DNA of 64,000 nt from Octopus vulgaris (Eukaryota), in the NCBI GenBank assembly GCA_951406725.2, contig OX597819.1:68510001-68574000 (forward strand), written 5' to 3'. Under the pieces are notes generated by a model, which had not been told where the DNA came from, ran no database searches, and saw nothing but the letters and a program-made list of their open reading frames with translations. Numbering within the stretch: the stretch's first letter is position 1; every line of letters begins with the position of its first letter. This document shows positions 1 to 12,609 of this stretch, in pieces. The position numbers and the translations under genes are program-made.

Positions 1-409
1 ATCTTTCTCTTGATCATGGTAGTCTGTAACGGCTTATGTAGACTTAATTAAATAACAAAGAGGAGGTGGTTAAGTCTTTACTCAGCCACATATGATCTAA
101 AGTTACAAAACAGCAACAATGAACGCTAATAAAGGTGCCGGCTCTAGGTTCGCAGGTTTACATGATAATTCAAGCTCTCATAAATCATGTGCAATGCATC
201 CTTAATATATTAAAAGACCGGATGGTCACGCTTAGTGTGTATGTGGCTTTAAATCTGCTTGATCACTTCTGACTTGGCGTTAGTCGATGAGGATAAACAC
301 AGCAGCGAAACAACATACAATCCAATCATAAATATCCTACATGGTCGCTCGAGTCACAATATCCCCCTGAAATCTCTCACAGGCTTTAATAATTATTTCC
401 AATGCTTAC

Positions 410-581
410 CACAAGGGCAGCCATTTTGGGGGAGAGGATGTGCTCAACTGGTACTTAATTTCCGAAAGGATTAAAGGCAAAGTCGACCTCTGTGGAATTT
501 GAACTCAGAACGTAGCGACGGGCGAACTACCGCTAAGCATTTTGGATCAGAGCGCTAACGATACTGCCAGCTTGCCGCCTT
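410..581 (-). mobile_element. tRNA-derived SINE, Meta-domain type (decayed)
   Basis: Reverse complement reads aaggcggcaagctggcag...gagttcaaattcc...gtcgactttgcctttaatcctttcgg...aagtaccag, the same family as 48951-49148. A more decayed copy lies at ~655-835. Confidence 0.75.
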
Positions 582-2819
582 GTCACACAATTTAATAATG
601 ATGGACTTATATATAATGAACCAAGTGCAATGTATAATAATTTTACTATACGTACACCGCTTGAAATTTTAGGTGGGGATAGCTGAGCCAATTATATCGA
701 CCCCAGTGCTCAAATGGTAATTTTCTCGACGATAATAAAGAATAAAAGGTTAGTGAAAATTCGGCGATATTTTAACTCAGAATATAAAGAGTTTGTGGAA
801 ATACCACTAATCATTTTTACCTGTATGCTAACGATTGAATAATGTATAGTGTATAATGAAAAAGGATTTCCCAGTTCATAACTGGACCAGCTATTTTTTT
901 TTATTATCCTCGACTCAACTCATTAAGCAAGTAACACGAAAGCATTTGCTTTTTATTTTCACATTTCTTTTCTATTATATCACATGATAGTGTGTCACAT
1001 TCTAAGTCTAGGATCAACTTGGTACTATGGTACATTTCTGCTAGATGGTCTATTTGACTGTCGTAGATGAAAAGTCATTCCGTGATTTCTTATTGCACAG
1101 CCCTTTTAAACGGTTATTTATAGTGATCAAATGTTGATGCTATACATTAATTCACTTCCTCAATCAAATTTATATTGCGAATACAGGGACACAGTGTGCC
1201 ACACATCAGGTGTGAAAGTGATCGTAGAAGTACGCAAAATTAAGTGTTCTAATAAAGAACCGAACGCACCGCAAGGTGCAGAAATGAACAGTAAGATCTT
1301 GTGATCAGATGCAACACACTAATCACTAAGACTGCTAGATATAACAGCTAAATTAGCTTCAAACTCTGCTGCTAGGGCCTTGGAAACCCATCATAAAACG
1401 AAAAAAAAAAACAATTCATCAAAATTTAACAGGTGAATAACACTCAAATTTTAGTTCCTTTTTTGACATGAAGTGATATGCTTATCGCTGGAATGTCTTT
1501 GCTCGTGGGTTTCAACAATCAGGTCTATTTCAGAACGAAAATTATCTGACACGTCTGCTATTCCGATGTAAGGTTATGTGAAGAATGAAGTAGAATACCA
1601 TAGAAGAGTAATGATTATATTTCGGAAAGAAGAACGTAAGAAATAACAGGTTTTTCAATAATACAAATTGATGACAACTAAACAAGATTGAAAGCATATC
1701 GAAGTTTTCAGTAAATATTTCATGCAACAAGGTCCGCCACTTTTACATTACAAAACCACAAAAATTAATTTTTACAAATAGAAACCAACTCGCTGCTTAC
1801 CAATTAAACTTTCCAGCAACTTTCAATTTTTTGTGAACCTTAAACCACAACAGTAACAAAAACTCCTGTACCAACAATCTGTGATCTGAATATGACGTAA
1901 TTGAACTACATGCACCTGATTATAGAATTTCTCACGCTAGAACGAATTCTGAACAATAACACAATTTCGATTTGAAATATTGAAAGCTTCTTTAATATCT
2001 TTCCATCAGCCTCAACCCACAAACTTTCTTGCCTTCCATCAATTTCTATCACCTCATCTATACCACTCGGTCGCAGATGTATATGCACCAAATCTAATAA
2101 AAAATTTCTCATAGGTCCACCTACGTCAGTAAAAAGACTTCCCAGTGATTATCTGAAATCAAACCTGACCCAAATGTGCCTTGTATCTTAAATCAAGAAA
2201 AACGCAAGTTACCATGAAGGTGATATTCTTATAACCCCTGGACAGTTACAAAAACGACGTTTCGGATATTAGTGTTCTTTAGCTGTAAAGTAAAAGGAGA
2301 AAAATATGGTGGAGCCACGAGTAGAAGATAGAAAGACAGAGAAAAATATTTAGGGGCCGAGTGTGTGAATGCGATTTTATGGGGTGAAGTTACGAAGATA
2401 GGAAGAGGCGGGGTGATTTAATCGTGCGAGTAACTGTGTGAGGGAATTGGTATAGAGAAAGATGTGTGGTTCAGGTGGTTAGTTGTGGGGTGAGAAGAGT
2501 TGAGTGGGATGTGAATAGAGTAAAGTTAAGAGGAAGCATTTGAAAAAGGAGAAACAGTGAAGAAAACGGTGTAAGATATGAGAAAAAATTAATAATACCA
2601 CAGAAGAAGATTAGGTGAAATACTAATACATCGAAATATCAAATAGATTAGGTGAAAAGATCGAAGAAAAAATACTGGGTGCAAAAGAGTACGTAAAAAG
2701 CCAAAGACAATAGGAGCAGAATGACTCAAGGGAAAAGAATATTGTAAAATTGAGGGATGATTGTACAGAGGGTATAACTATAGGTTTTGTGTAAAAGATG
2801 TCCAGCAAACAGTTATTCT

Positions 2820-3185
2820 TTTATCTTTTATAGTTGACTTTTTCTTGTCATTAGACTGCGGCCATGCTGGGTCACCGTCTTGATTGATTTTATTCGAGCG
2901 AATCTTCTCCATGACTTCATTTTCTTTCTAAAGCCTGGACCTTATTTTACCGGTCCCGTTTGCTGTACCGCAAAGAAACGTGGACATAAGAACACCAGCA
3001 ACGGTCATGTTCGGAGCCAAACACAAACTATATATATAGAGAGATGCGACGGGCGTCTTTCAGTTTCCGTTCACTACATCAACTCAGTAGGATTTTGTCG
3101 CCGGTAGTTACAAAAGAAAACAAATACCGAAGGTACCAGAACCGTTTGGTTGGGGATGAAGCTTCTTACCACACACACCCACACG
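2820..3185 (-). mobile_element. composite tRNA-derived SINE (decayed)
   Basis: The gactgcggccatgctgg tail and cagtttccgt block match 12205-12609. Confidence 0.7.
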
Positions 3186-4214
3186 GGAAATATGTACAAG
3201 TTAAGAGAAATTGCAATGTCAGTACGCTACAGCTTAAGCATAGAATGCGAAAAGGACTCTTGAACGTGAGGGAATATGTGAAGTAGGAAGGAATATATGA
3301 GAAGGTAGACAGAAGTGGAACAGAATTATTTAAGAATATTTACAGCACAAAGAACATTGCCTAAGAAATTTCAGTTATAGCCAAATTGAGAATTTGTAAA
3401 ATGGAGAGTTGATTGGAAAAAGCGAATGTAAAGGATTGTCTTAAACATGGTGTGCGTAAAACGTGTTGAGAGAAAAGATACTTTACACTGACTGACAGGA
3501 AACATTGACGAAACGCAAAGAAGATGTTAGGCTCCTGCTAAATTTGGAAAATGAAATAAAGGTGATCCGATGTTGAAAGAGACCGGAACGGCTTAATGAT
3601 CGTTTGGTGAGGTTTCAGAGCAGAAATTCAGTGCTTGGAACAGGGATGACGTGTACAAGGTGGCAAGAACTCATGGTGCCATGTTTCGGTACATATTCAT
3701 AGCGAAAGAGAGATACAGATATACAGATATAATCGAATATTATGTATGTATTTATATGTGGACCATTTCCATATGTTTCTGTGTCTCATAAATTTGGGTG
3801 TACATTACAGTCGCTGTTATTATAGTTTCCTGACATAGAAGTTATAATTTTGAAAATGCTAATATAAGCTATATTTTCATATCAATCGCTAAGTAGATTC
3901 TCATTTATATGTCACACACAGATCTGAGACGACGTGTGTCTTTTTTCAGCAATTCGAAGAGATATTAATAAATTCATAATAGCTTATAATAGCTTAAACC
4001 TACAAAAGTCAAAGATAATAAAAAAAATACTGTTCTTTACATGAATTCTCATAAAGATTACACATATACAAACACACATACACACATACATACGTATACA
4101 TATTCATAGATATATTTATATACAAAAATTCAACTATACATATATCTACAAATATGTATGTGTATATATATTTACACAAACAAATATGTGTGCCTGAGTT
4201 AGTGCTGATAAATA

Positions 4215-4247
<33 letters not shown>

Positions 4248-4379
4248 TAATAAAAAGAATTCCAACCTTGTCTGATTTTCACGTTTTATTTACAATCTTA
4301 TAATGATATATTATAAGATAATATATTATAATTGAATAAAATAAAATGAAATAGTAGAATGTTAAATATTCATTCTGAT

Positions 4380-4424
4380 TGAACTAGTACTTTCATGCAT
4401 TGAATTCTGCAATCTTCGGGTTCA
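4380..4424 (-). ncRNA. minimal hammerhead ribozyme-like motif (U4C core variant)
   Basis: Reverse complement: tgaac CCGAAGA t-tgca gaattcaa tgca-t GAAA gtac TA gttca. Confidence 0.65.
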
Positions 4425-4911
4425 TGTAGTAGTGTTGACAGTCATGCTTCACAATTTTTGACTGTAGCAAGATGAGTGATTCTGTGCTATAAATACAGCT
4501 GGGTAGGCTCCAGAGTGCTAGGTTTTGCAAACTGTATTCTGACCAATCAGTGTGTAGTATCACTCAATTACTTAAGCTGATTGGTTGGTTGAGCTGATTG
4601 GTTTAGGCATCACGCTTTGTTGGACAGGTCAAGAGTCCTGTATCTTGACCCTGGCCGAAGCAGCAATTGTTGGGTTCGGCCAGGGTCAAGATACAGGACT
4701 CTTGACCTGTCCAACAAAGCGTGATGCCTAAACCAATCAGCTCAACCAACCAATCAGCTTAAGTAATTGAGTGATACTACACACACTGATTGGTCAGAAT
4801 ACAGTTTGCAAAACCTAGCACTCTGGAGCCTACCCAGCTGTATTTATAGCACAGAATCACTCATCTTGCTACAGTCAAAAATTGTGAAGCATGACTGTCA
4901 ACACTACTACA

Positions 4912-4956
4912 TGAACCCGAAGATTGCAGAATTCAATGCATGAAAGTACTAGTTCA
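4912..4956 (+). ncRNA. minimal hammerhead ribozyme-like motif (U4C core variant)
   Basis: tgaac CCGAAGA t-tgca gaattcaa tgca-t GAAA gtac TA gttca. Stem I is tgaac/gttca and stem III is the palindrome GTAC. Confidence 0.65.
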
Positions 4957-5126
4957 ATCAGAATGAATATTTAACATTCTACTATTTCATTTTATTTTAT
5001 TCAATTATAATATATTATCTTATAATATATCATTATAAGATTGTAAATAAAACGTGAAAAATCAGACAAGGTTGGAATTCTTTTTATTAATATATTCTTC
5101 TATACACAATCACACACACCCATATA

Positions 5127-5186
<60 letters not shown>

Positions 5187-5268
5187 TACACACACACACA
5201 GACGTATATATATATATATATGTATGTATGTAAGTATATATGTATGTATGTATGTATGTATATATATA

Positions 5269-5309
<41 letters not shown>

Positions 5310-5774
5310 TTTTGCTATATATATGTGTGTGTGTGTGTCTGTATGTGTGTGCGTATGTGTATGTGTATGTGTTTCCTGATGCAAAGGTGAAAACCGAACG
5401 CAACCACCGACTATAAATATCTCATTTTAATCATATTAATCAGCAGAAGTGAGAATAAGAGTTAAGAGGATTGTGCATTGGATCATTGGAACTAATACTC
5501 TCGAGAAGTTTGGTGAAAGTCAATGCAAGTGAATTTCGGTAAATATTCACAGCGCAACATCTCCTGATTAACATGCTATATATAGTTTTGGTGCTCTCTC
5601 GCTCAAGTGCTCCGAACGCATAATAATTTTACGTATGTAAAACATGGAAAATGTTTTTATTTTTCATTTCCATTGAATGTTTCTAGAATATTAGTCAACC
5701 TATTATGGCTTGCCTCTTTAGTCTTAGATGTACTCTAATTTATATATATATATATATATATATATGCTTTCTAC

Positions 5775-5970
5775 GTCCGGCACATGAGCTGAAATTTTGG
5801 ATGACGGAGGTCCTGGAACAGAGCAATCACAGTATTTAACTGGAACATTTTTCATCGACGTCAAAACAGATGAAAAGCAAAGTCTACCGTGGGGAAATTT
5901 GAACTGAAAACGTAAAGGTGGACGAAATGTAGCTAAGCATGTTGTCCTCCGTCTAATGATTTTCACAGCT
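5775..5970 (-). mobile_element. Meta-type SINE (decayed)
   Basis: ggaaatttgaactgaaaacgtaaag...gctaagcat matches the family head in reverse. Confidence 0.6.
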
Positions 5971-5972
5971 TT

Positions 5973-6030
<58 letters not shown>

Positions 6031-6104
6031 GTAAATACTATATATATATATATATATACATATATATATGTATATATATATATGTATATATGTATATACA
6101 TATG

Positions 6105-6145
<41 letters not shown>

Positions 6146-6387
6146 AATTCATATATATATATATTTATATATATATGTATATATATATGTGTATATATAT
6201 AAATGAATATATATATATATATATATATATTTATATGTATATATATATATATGTATATATATATGTATATATATATAAATATGTATATATACGTATATAT
6301 ATAAATGAATACATATGTATATATATATATACATATGTATATGTATATATGTATATATATATATATATTTATATATGTATATATATA

Positions 6388-6783
6388 TCTTTATATATAA
6401 AAGAGAGTTTGTGTGCTGTCTGTCTCCTACGATTTAGATTCCTAAATACTCCCACATTTTGCGGTGCAGTTTAACCAAAACCCGGTATCTTATAGTCATG
6501 ATTCATATCGAGACCTTCTGGGTATTATCGTGCGTCTACGATGATTCTACGATTTAAAAAAAATTACCGTCAATTTTTCCTATTTTTAATGAATTTTTGG
6601 CATATATAAGGGAAGTAACTCTCTAAAAATTTATTATTAAATCTCAGAACGTAAAAAGCTACAGTAACACCCACCCCCTTTGGGGTTAGCCATATTGAGA
6701 TGGCTATTATACTTTACATTTCTAAAAATGCTTATATAGTTATTTCCCTTACAAACCCGAGCACCGCCGGGCGATACTGCTAG
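6388..6783 (+). mobile_element. non-autonomous Helitron
   Basis: 5' A|TCtttatatataaaagag. 3' hairpin cccg-agcaccgc-cggg followed by CTAG|T. No TSD, inserted in an AT dinucleotide. Confidence 0.75.
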
Positions 6784-6818
<35 letters not shown>

Positions 6819-6900
6819 GTAGGTCCCGGGTTGAGTCGGGGTTAACCACAGTAAATAAGGTACTCAATACATAGCAGAGTAAATTAATTTATTATATAGA

Positions 6901-6955
6901 AGGAGCTTCTACAGGACTAGAACTGTTTCATTCAAAAGAAATCATCAGGAAGCTC

Positions 6956-6957
<2 letters not shown>
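6901..6957 (-). ncRNA. type-I hammerhead ribozyme, canonical core
   Basis: Reverse complement: aggagcttc CTGATGA t-ttc tttt gaa-t GAAA cag ttctagtc ctg TA gaagctcct. 9-bp stem I and GUA cleavage triplet. Confidence 0.8.
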
Positions 6958-6996
<39 letters not shown>

Positions 6997-7002
<6 letters not shown>

Positions 7003-7051
7003 TTGGATAGATAATAATATCTTGGAAGAGATGCCGGGCGTTCAATCATAG

Positions 7052-7087
<36 letters not shown>

Positions 7088-7136
7088 TTGGATAGATAAT
7101 AATATCTTGGAAGAGATGCCGGGCGTTCAATCATAG

Positions 7137-7142
<6 letters not shown>
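6997..7142. repeat. tandem duplication of a ~58-bp module separated by (TA)n
   Basis: aaatagttggatagataataatatcttggaagagatgccgggcgttcaatcatagaataa occurs twice. Confidence 0.9.
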
Positions 7143-7215
<73 letters not shown>

Positions 7216-7404
7216 CAAAATGGAACAAGAACGCAACAGACGACAATAAAACATCCGGACAGATAAACAATACATAGACGAACATGAAAAAGAAGGACGA
7301 GTCATTCGCCACCTTCTCTCGTCAGTGAAGTTGTCAACTTATCCTGACAGGTTCGGATGGTTAGACTTGAGACTGTCCAAGTCTGGCTAGCCCCAAAATC
7401 AAAA

Positions 7405-7467
<63 letters not shown>

Positions 7468-7469
<2 letters not shown>

Positions 7470-9151
7470 TGTCCTACTAGCCATAGATGAAGTGGACACA
7501 AACTCAACTGCTGGTCCAGATGGTTTCCCAGCAATCCTCCTCAAAGCGTGTAAGCATGCTCTGGCAAATCCCTCAAGATTCTCTTCCAGAGCTTTCTTAC
7601 GAATGGCAAACTGCCAAGCAGCCTGAAGGGGGGAATAATATGCCCAATACATAAAGAGGGAAGTAGAGCAGATGCCAAAAACTATAGACCTATCTCTCTG
7701 ACTTCAGACATTAGCAAAGTCATGGAACGGATAGTCAGAAAGAAACTAATCGCATTCCTTGAGGAATACCCAGCATGTGATACCCACCATGGTTTTCGAC
7801 CAGGTAGGAGGTGCCTGACCCAGCTCTTACAACATTATGACTGGGTGTTGAGGCAGTTACTCAACAAATCAAATGTGGACGTAATCTAACTTGATTTTGC
7901 AAAAGCTTTTGACAAGGTGGATCATGGTATGATATGCCACAAACCACGTGACCTCAGCATAGCTGGAAAACTTGGAGTGTGGTTACATGACTTCCTGAAA
8001 GATAGGAGTCAGGCAGTAGTGGTTAATGGAGCCACCTCTATGAACACACACATAGTGAGCGGTGTTCCACAGGGCACTGTCTTGGGACCACTGATTTTTA
8101 TAGTGGCCCTCTCAGATATGCCCTCAAATGTCCGGATAGCCACTCTGGCAAGCTATGCAGACGATACGTAAGTCTCGCAGAAAATACAGAACCCCAGTGA
8201 TGTTGCACACCTGCACCAGGAGTTGGACTCAATATACAGATGGGCTGAGGATAATAATATGCAGTTTAATGCTGAAAAATTCCAGGCCCTGCGCTAGCAG
8301 CATCCAAAACTTACAGGATACACCGGAATATTAAACTTACAGGATACACCGGTCCACAGGGAATTTCAATCCCAGAGCCTAAGTCTGTGAGGGACCTGGG
8401 TATCGACGTGAGTGATGATAAATCTTTCCAAGTGCACATTACCAGTATGGCGACAAAGTGCAGACGACTGGCTGGCTGGATCCTAAGAACATTCAGAACC
8501 AGAGATAAGGGACGTATGATGTTCCTCTGGCGGACATTCGTCCTCAGCCGCCTGGATTACTGCTCACAGCTATGGTCACCCACCCGTGTAAAATTAACAG
8601 CGGACCTTGAAGCAATCCAGAGAAGATTCACAAAGAAGATTGTCTCTTTGCAACAGCTCAGCTACTGGGAAAGGTTGAAACAGCTAAGACTCTACTCCCT
8701 GGAGGGAAGACGGAAGAGGTATGCAGTAATATATGTCTGGAAGATCCTGGAAGGAATTGTGCCAAATTTTGGCATTGTAAGCTACACCAATGCTAGAACA
8801 GGACGACACTGCATAGTGCCAAAGATCCCAGCAATGCCATCACGCTGCAGGACCAGCTTCTGCAACTGCCTGGGTTTCAAGGGCCCACAGCTTTTTAATA
8901 TTCTCCCAAAGAGTCTGAGGAACTTGCAGAAAGTAGATGTAGCGGTTTTTAAATCAAAGCTCGACATCTTCCTGTCGAGAGTCCCAGATGAACCTACCTC
9001 ACGGCAAGAGGTGCAAATGAGAGTAGCTATGTCAAACTCCATTCTTCACCAGGTGCCACATATTAGAGGAGGTTCTTCGTAATTACAGTGTAGCACAAAA
9101 CGGCGGTGCATCAGCATGGCCGCAGGTCTAAGCTGAAACAAGCAAAAAAAA

Positions 9152-9169
<18 letters not shown>
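7468..9169 (+). mobile_element. 5'-truncated CR1/L2-group LINE (RT pseudogene, 3' UTR, poly-A)
   Basis: Motifs AGPDG, NYRPISL, HGFR, DFAKAFDKVDH, GVPQGTVLGP, YADDT, RDLGI and LSYWERLKQLRLYSL, with stops and frameshifts. A-tail at ~9144-9169. Inserted in (TA)n. Confidence 0.9.
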
Positions 9170-9217
<48 letters not shown>

Positions 9218-9295
9218 GTGAAGTCGTAAGGTACCGCACGAGTGGAATTGTATATGAATGAAGGTTTGGAAATGCCATTTTAAAAGATGTTTATT

Positions 9296-9339
9296 CACTT
9301 GACCGGTTTCACTATTTTAGAAAATGATTGTCAAAAGTA
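9296..9339 (-). ncRNA. minimal hammerhead-like motif (U3-A8 variant) in a TA-flanked module
   Basis: Reverse complement: tactt TTGACAA tcattttctaaaatagt GAAA ccgg TC aagtg. Palindromic stem III CCGG and GUC triplet. Confidence 0.55.
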
Positions 9340-9894
9340 ACATGTAAGAGCTTTGTTGTGTTAAGTACTGGTTGTCACAAAATATTACAATACATATGTA
9401 CATTCTTTGATAATGAGAAAATGTTAAAAACAGTTTACAGGAAAGATCTTGAGCAAAATATCAAAAAGTTCATAACAAATATTAGGATTTCATTAAAAAT
9501 CATGTTTGTTTGGAAGTATCTATATATATATATATATATACACAAAAAATTAAAAGTTTCAAAAGGTCATATTTTGGTGGTATATATATACACAGAAGGA
9601 GATATATTTAGGAGTTTACAAAGAATTTGAGATGGACTGATCTGTTTCACCATTTTATCGTAAAAGGCTATTTTCGATTTTAAGTGACTGTGTGGAAGGT
9701 TAGTTTGGGTGGGGTGGGGTTAAGAAGAGCCTGTGTAGCATGGTGCAGAGTCCTATTGTCGCCCTCAGTTGTCACATGTTGCGCATCGTAAAAACATTGA
9801 AAATTTGCTGTATCAAATTGTAAAATAAGAGGAAATAAATTTTGAGGATAAATAAATCTCATTATCTCGTCATAATTACTGCTAATTTATATAT

Positions 9895-10275
9895 ATAAGT
9901 GACTGTGAAGTAAGAAGCTTGCCTCCCAACCACATGATTCTGGGTTTAATCTCACTGAATGGCACCTTGGGAGAGTGTCTTCTAATATCGCTTCGAGCCG
10001 ACCAAAGCCTTGTGAGTGTATTTAGTAGATGGAAACTGGAAAAAACCCGTTGTATATACATATGTGTATTTGTGTCTGTGTTTGTCTTCCTGCCATTGCT
10101 TGACAACCGATGTTGGTGTGTTTACGTCCCCGTAGTTAGCGGTTCGGCAAAAGAGATCGAGAAAATAAGTAGTAGACTTACAAAGAATGAGTCCTGGGAT
10201 CTATTTGTTCGACTAAATGCTGTGCTTGAGCTGGTCGCAGTCAAAATGACAACATTAAGTAAAAAGAATAAAAGG
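9895..10275 (+). mobile_element. composite tRNA-derived SINE
   Basis: tRNA-like head, ggcaccttgggagagtgtcttct (CORE-like), gttcggcaaaagaga block and tail. Confidence 0.8.
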
Positions 10276-10284
10276 ATATATATA

Positions 10285-11134
10285 CCAGGGTGCTAAAAAT
10301 ATGTCTGGCCTTAAGGGCATCGCGATAGGGTGGATGTATTACATGTTCACTTTATAGGGTAGGTAGGACAAATATTTATGAGAAAAAAAAATGCAAAATG
10401 TCATAATGGTATACAATATATCTTTCTCTGTTTTACAAATTTAACGCATGATGACAGCTGCTACAATGAATTTTGGCGAAACTGAAATACAGGCTGTCAT
10501 TATGTGCCTCTTTTTGCAAGACAAAGGGGGGCGAAAACGCGAGGTGAGATGAAGGAAGTCTTGAAGGATGGCTTCCTATTTAAATCCAAAGTGAAAATTT
10601 GGATGTCATAAATTTGGACTAGTCATTTAAGGTCAAAGATGAACCCCGGTCTAGAAGTAGAGGACAAAGCTGACTCTGTGCACACCGCGATTTTTGAGGA
10701 ACGCTAGATTTCAGCTAAAGTCATTGCTGAGACTCTCGCGAAAGATTTGACCACATCATCCACAACATTCTAGACATGAGAAAGCTTTCCGCAAAATGGG
10801 TACCGAAATGCCTGATCGCAGATCAGGAGCACATCGGTGCGGCGACATCAAAGACGATTTTGGATCGGTTTGCAGCGGGAGAGGTTAATTTTATTGCTCG
10901 TTTGTCACCATAAATGAAACTTGGCTTTATCATTATGACCTCAAGACCAAGCACCAATCAATGCAGTGGCTGCACAACGGTTCACCCCCGATGTTTCGGA
11001 CCCAGAAATCAATTGGAAAGATTCTATTTTCAATGCTTTGGGACCAAGACGGGAATACGTTAAATAAAATCATAATTAACTGATCCTCTTGTATTTTCTA
11101 TTCCCTAATGCCTAGAACTTTCAGCACACCATCC
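10285..11134 (+). mobile_element. mariner transposon remnant
   Basis: Translates in pieces to AKWVPKCL and NETWLYHYD..TKHQSMQW. Imperfect TIRs (gggtgctaaaaa / ttcagcacacc) with TA flanks. Confidence 0.8.
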
Positions 11135-12204
11135 TATATATATGTGTGTGTGTGTGTGTATACACATATACTCACACATGCACACACATATATGTGTGTG
11201 TATACATATATATTTGCTTTTACTTTCTTTTACTCGTTTACATATATATATATGAGAACTTGAAGTGTGTTTAGATCCTATAAAAAAGAAAAAAAAATGG
11301 TTAAGTCGACGGAATGGGAAATTATGAGACACCACAGAGATAAAGCTAGCAATATGGCTGCGACAAAGAATTACACAGATCATTAGTTTTTAATTAATAA
11401 TTTGTGACAAAAGCACTTATCTGTAGCTATAAACCGTAAGTAGGTTTCCTTCGATCGTCACAACGTACTGCATTAAATGTCAAGTACTTCAGATAACTTA
11501 TAGTATTTTGGTTAATTGGCTCCTTGTAAAGTTTCTGTTTAGCACAAATTCTTGCATTGTTTCCTTAATGTGTCAGATCTTCGACAGAATTCTTATGAAT
11601 TTCACTTCAAAATTTTCCAGAACATAGCAGAAATATCAGCGATAACAATAAAAGCCCCCAAAAAACATAAATGAATAGCAAAATGCCATCTACTAGATTG
11701 GATCTTTTGAATAAGCTTGTTAGCACCTTAGAGAATTTCCTTCTTCTTTTTATCTAATAATGTAACTAAAGATATATTTAAATTGTTATATAATATATTT
11801 TCTAGAATCAATATTTTATAACATTATTACAACATCGCTTTCTACCGAGAATATTCTTAGCACACTGTAAAAATATTGTATGTAAAATATTCTAACATTA
11901 TTTATCGTTGCTTCTATGATCATGGACATAGACAAAAGTAAACGGAACCAATACTAGCAAACTGAGCAAATAATCCATTAGATGACCTTGTTTCGGGCCC
12001 GTTATAGTGTATCAACCACTTAAGTTATTATGGCTTGTAAGATTTATTAAGTTTTAAACAGAAGTCTATCTTGCGAATTTTGGTCTCTCTCCAAGCCATC
12101 GGTCTACTAAAACTCATTCAACGTTACCCATTTAATCATTATATCAGTGATTTTACGGATCTCACATAATAAATGAGACAACGTAAATTATCAAGTTTAC
12201 CAAA

Positions 12205-12609
12205 TACTCTCTCTTTTACTCTTTTTCTTGTTTCAGTCATTTGACTGCGGCCATGCTGGGGCACCGCCTTTAGTCGTGGAAATCGACCCCGGGACTTATT
12301 CTTTGTAAGCCCAGTACTTATTTTATCGGTCTCTTTTGCCGAACCGCTACATAACGAGGACGTAAACACACCAGCATCGGTTGTCAAGCAATGCTAGAGG
12401 GACAAACACAGACACACAAACATATACAAACACACATATATATATATACATATATACGACAGGCTTCTTTCAGTTTCCGTCTACCAAATCCGCTCACAAG
12501 GCTTTCGTCGGCCCAGAAGACACTTGCCCAAGATTCCACGCAGTGGGAATGAACCCGGAATCATGTGGTTGGTTAGCAAGCTACTTACCACACAGCCACT
12601 CCTGCGCCT
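12205..12609 (-). mobile_element. composite tRNA-derived SINE (near full length)
   Basis: Reverse-complement head ggcgcaggagtggctgtgtggtaag...ccgggttcattccc (A/B boxes), cttgggcaagtgtcttct, internal TA/TG tract, LINE-like tail ending (gagtaaaa)n. Confidence 0.88.

Larger units (their letters stand above)
4242..5095. repeat. near-perfect fold-back palindrome (~418-bp arms, 15-nt centre), PLE-terminus-like
   Basis: 4242-4659 is the reverse complement of 4675-5095, with one homopolymer indel seen. Flanked by (TA)n. Each arm carries a hammerhead-like motif. Confidence 0.95.

Noticed and set aside
5372-5405. Hammerhead-like ctgatgc...ggt gaaa acc gaac
   Set aside because: Both core halves are mutated and there is no stem I.
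6997-7142. Repeat-spacer pattern resembling CRISPR
   Set aside because: Only two units, the spacer is (TA)n, the context is eukaryotic and there are no cas genes.
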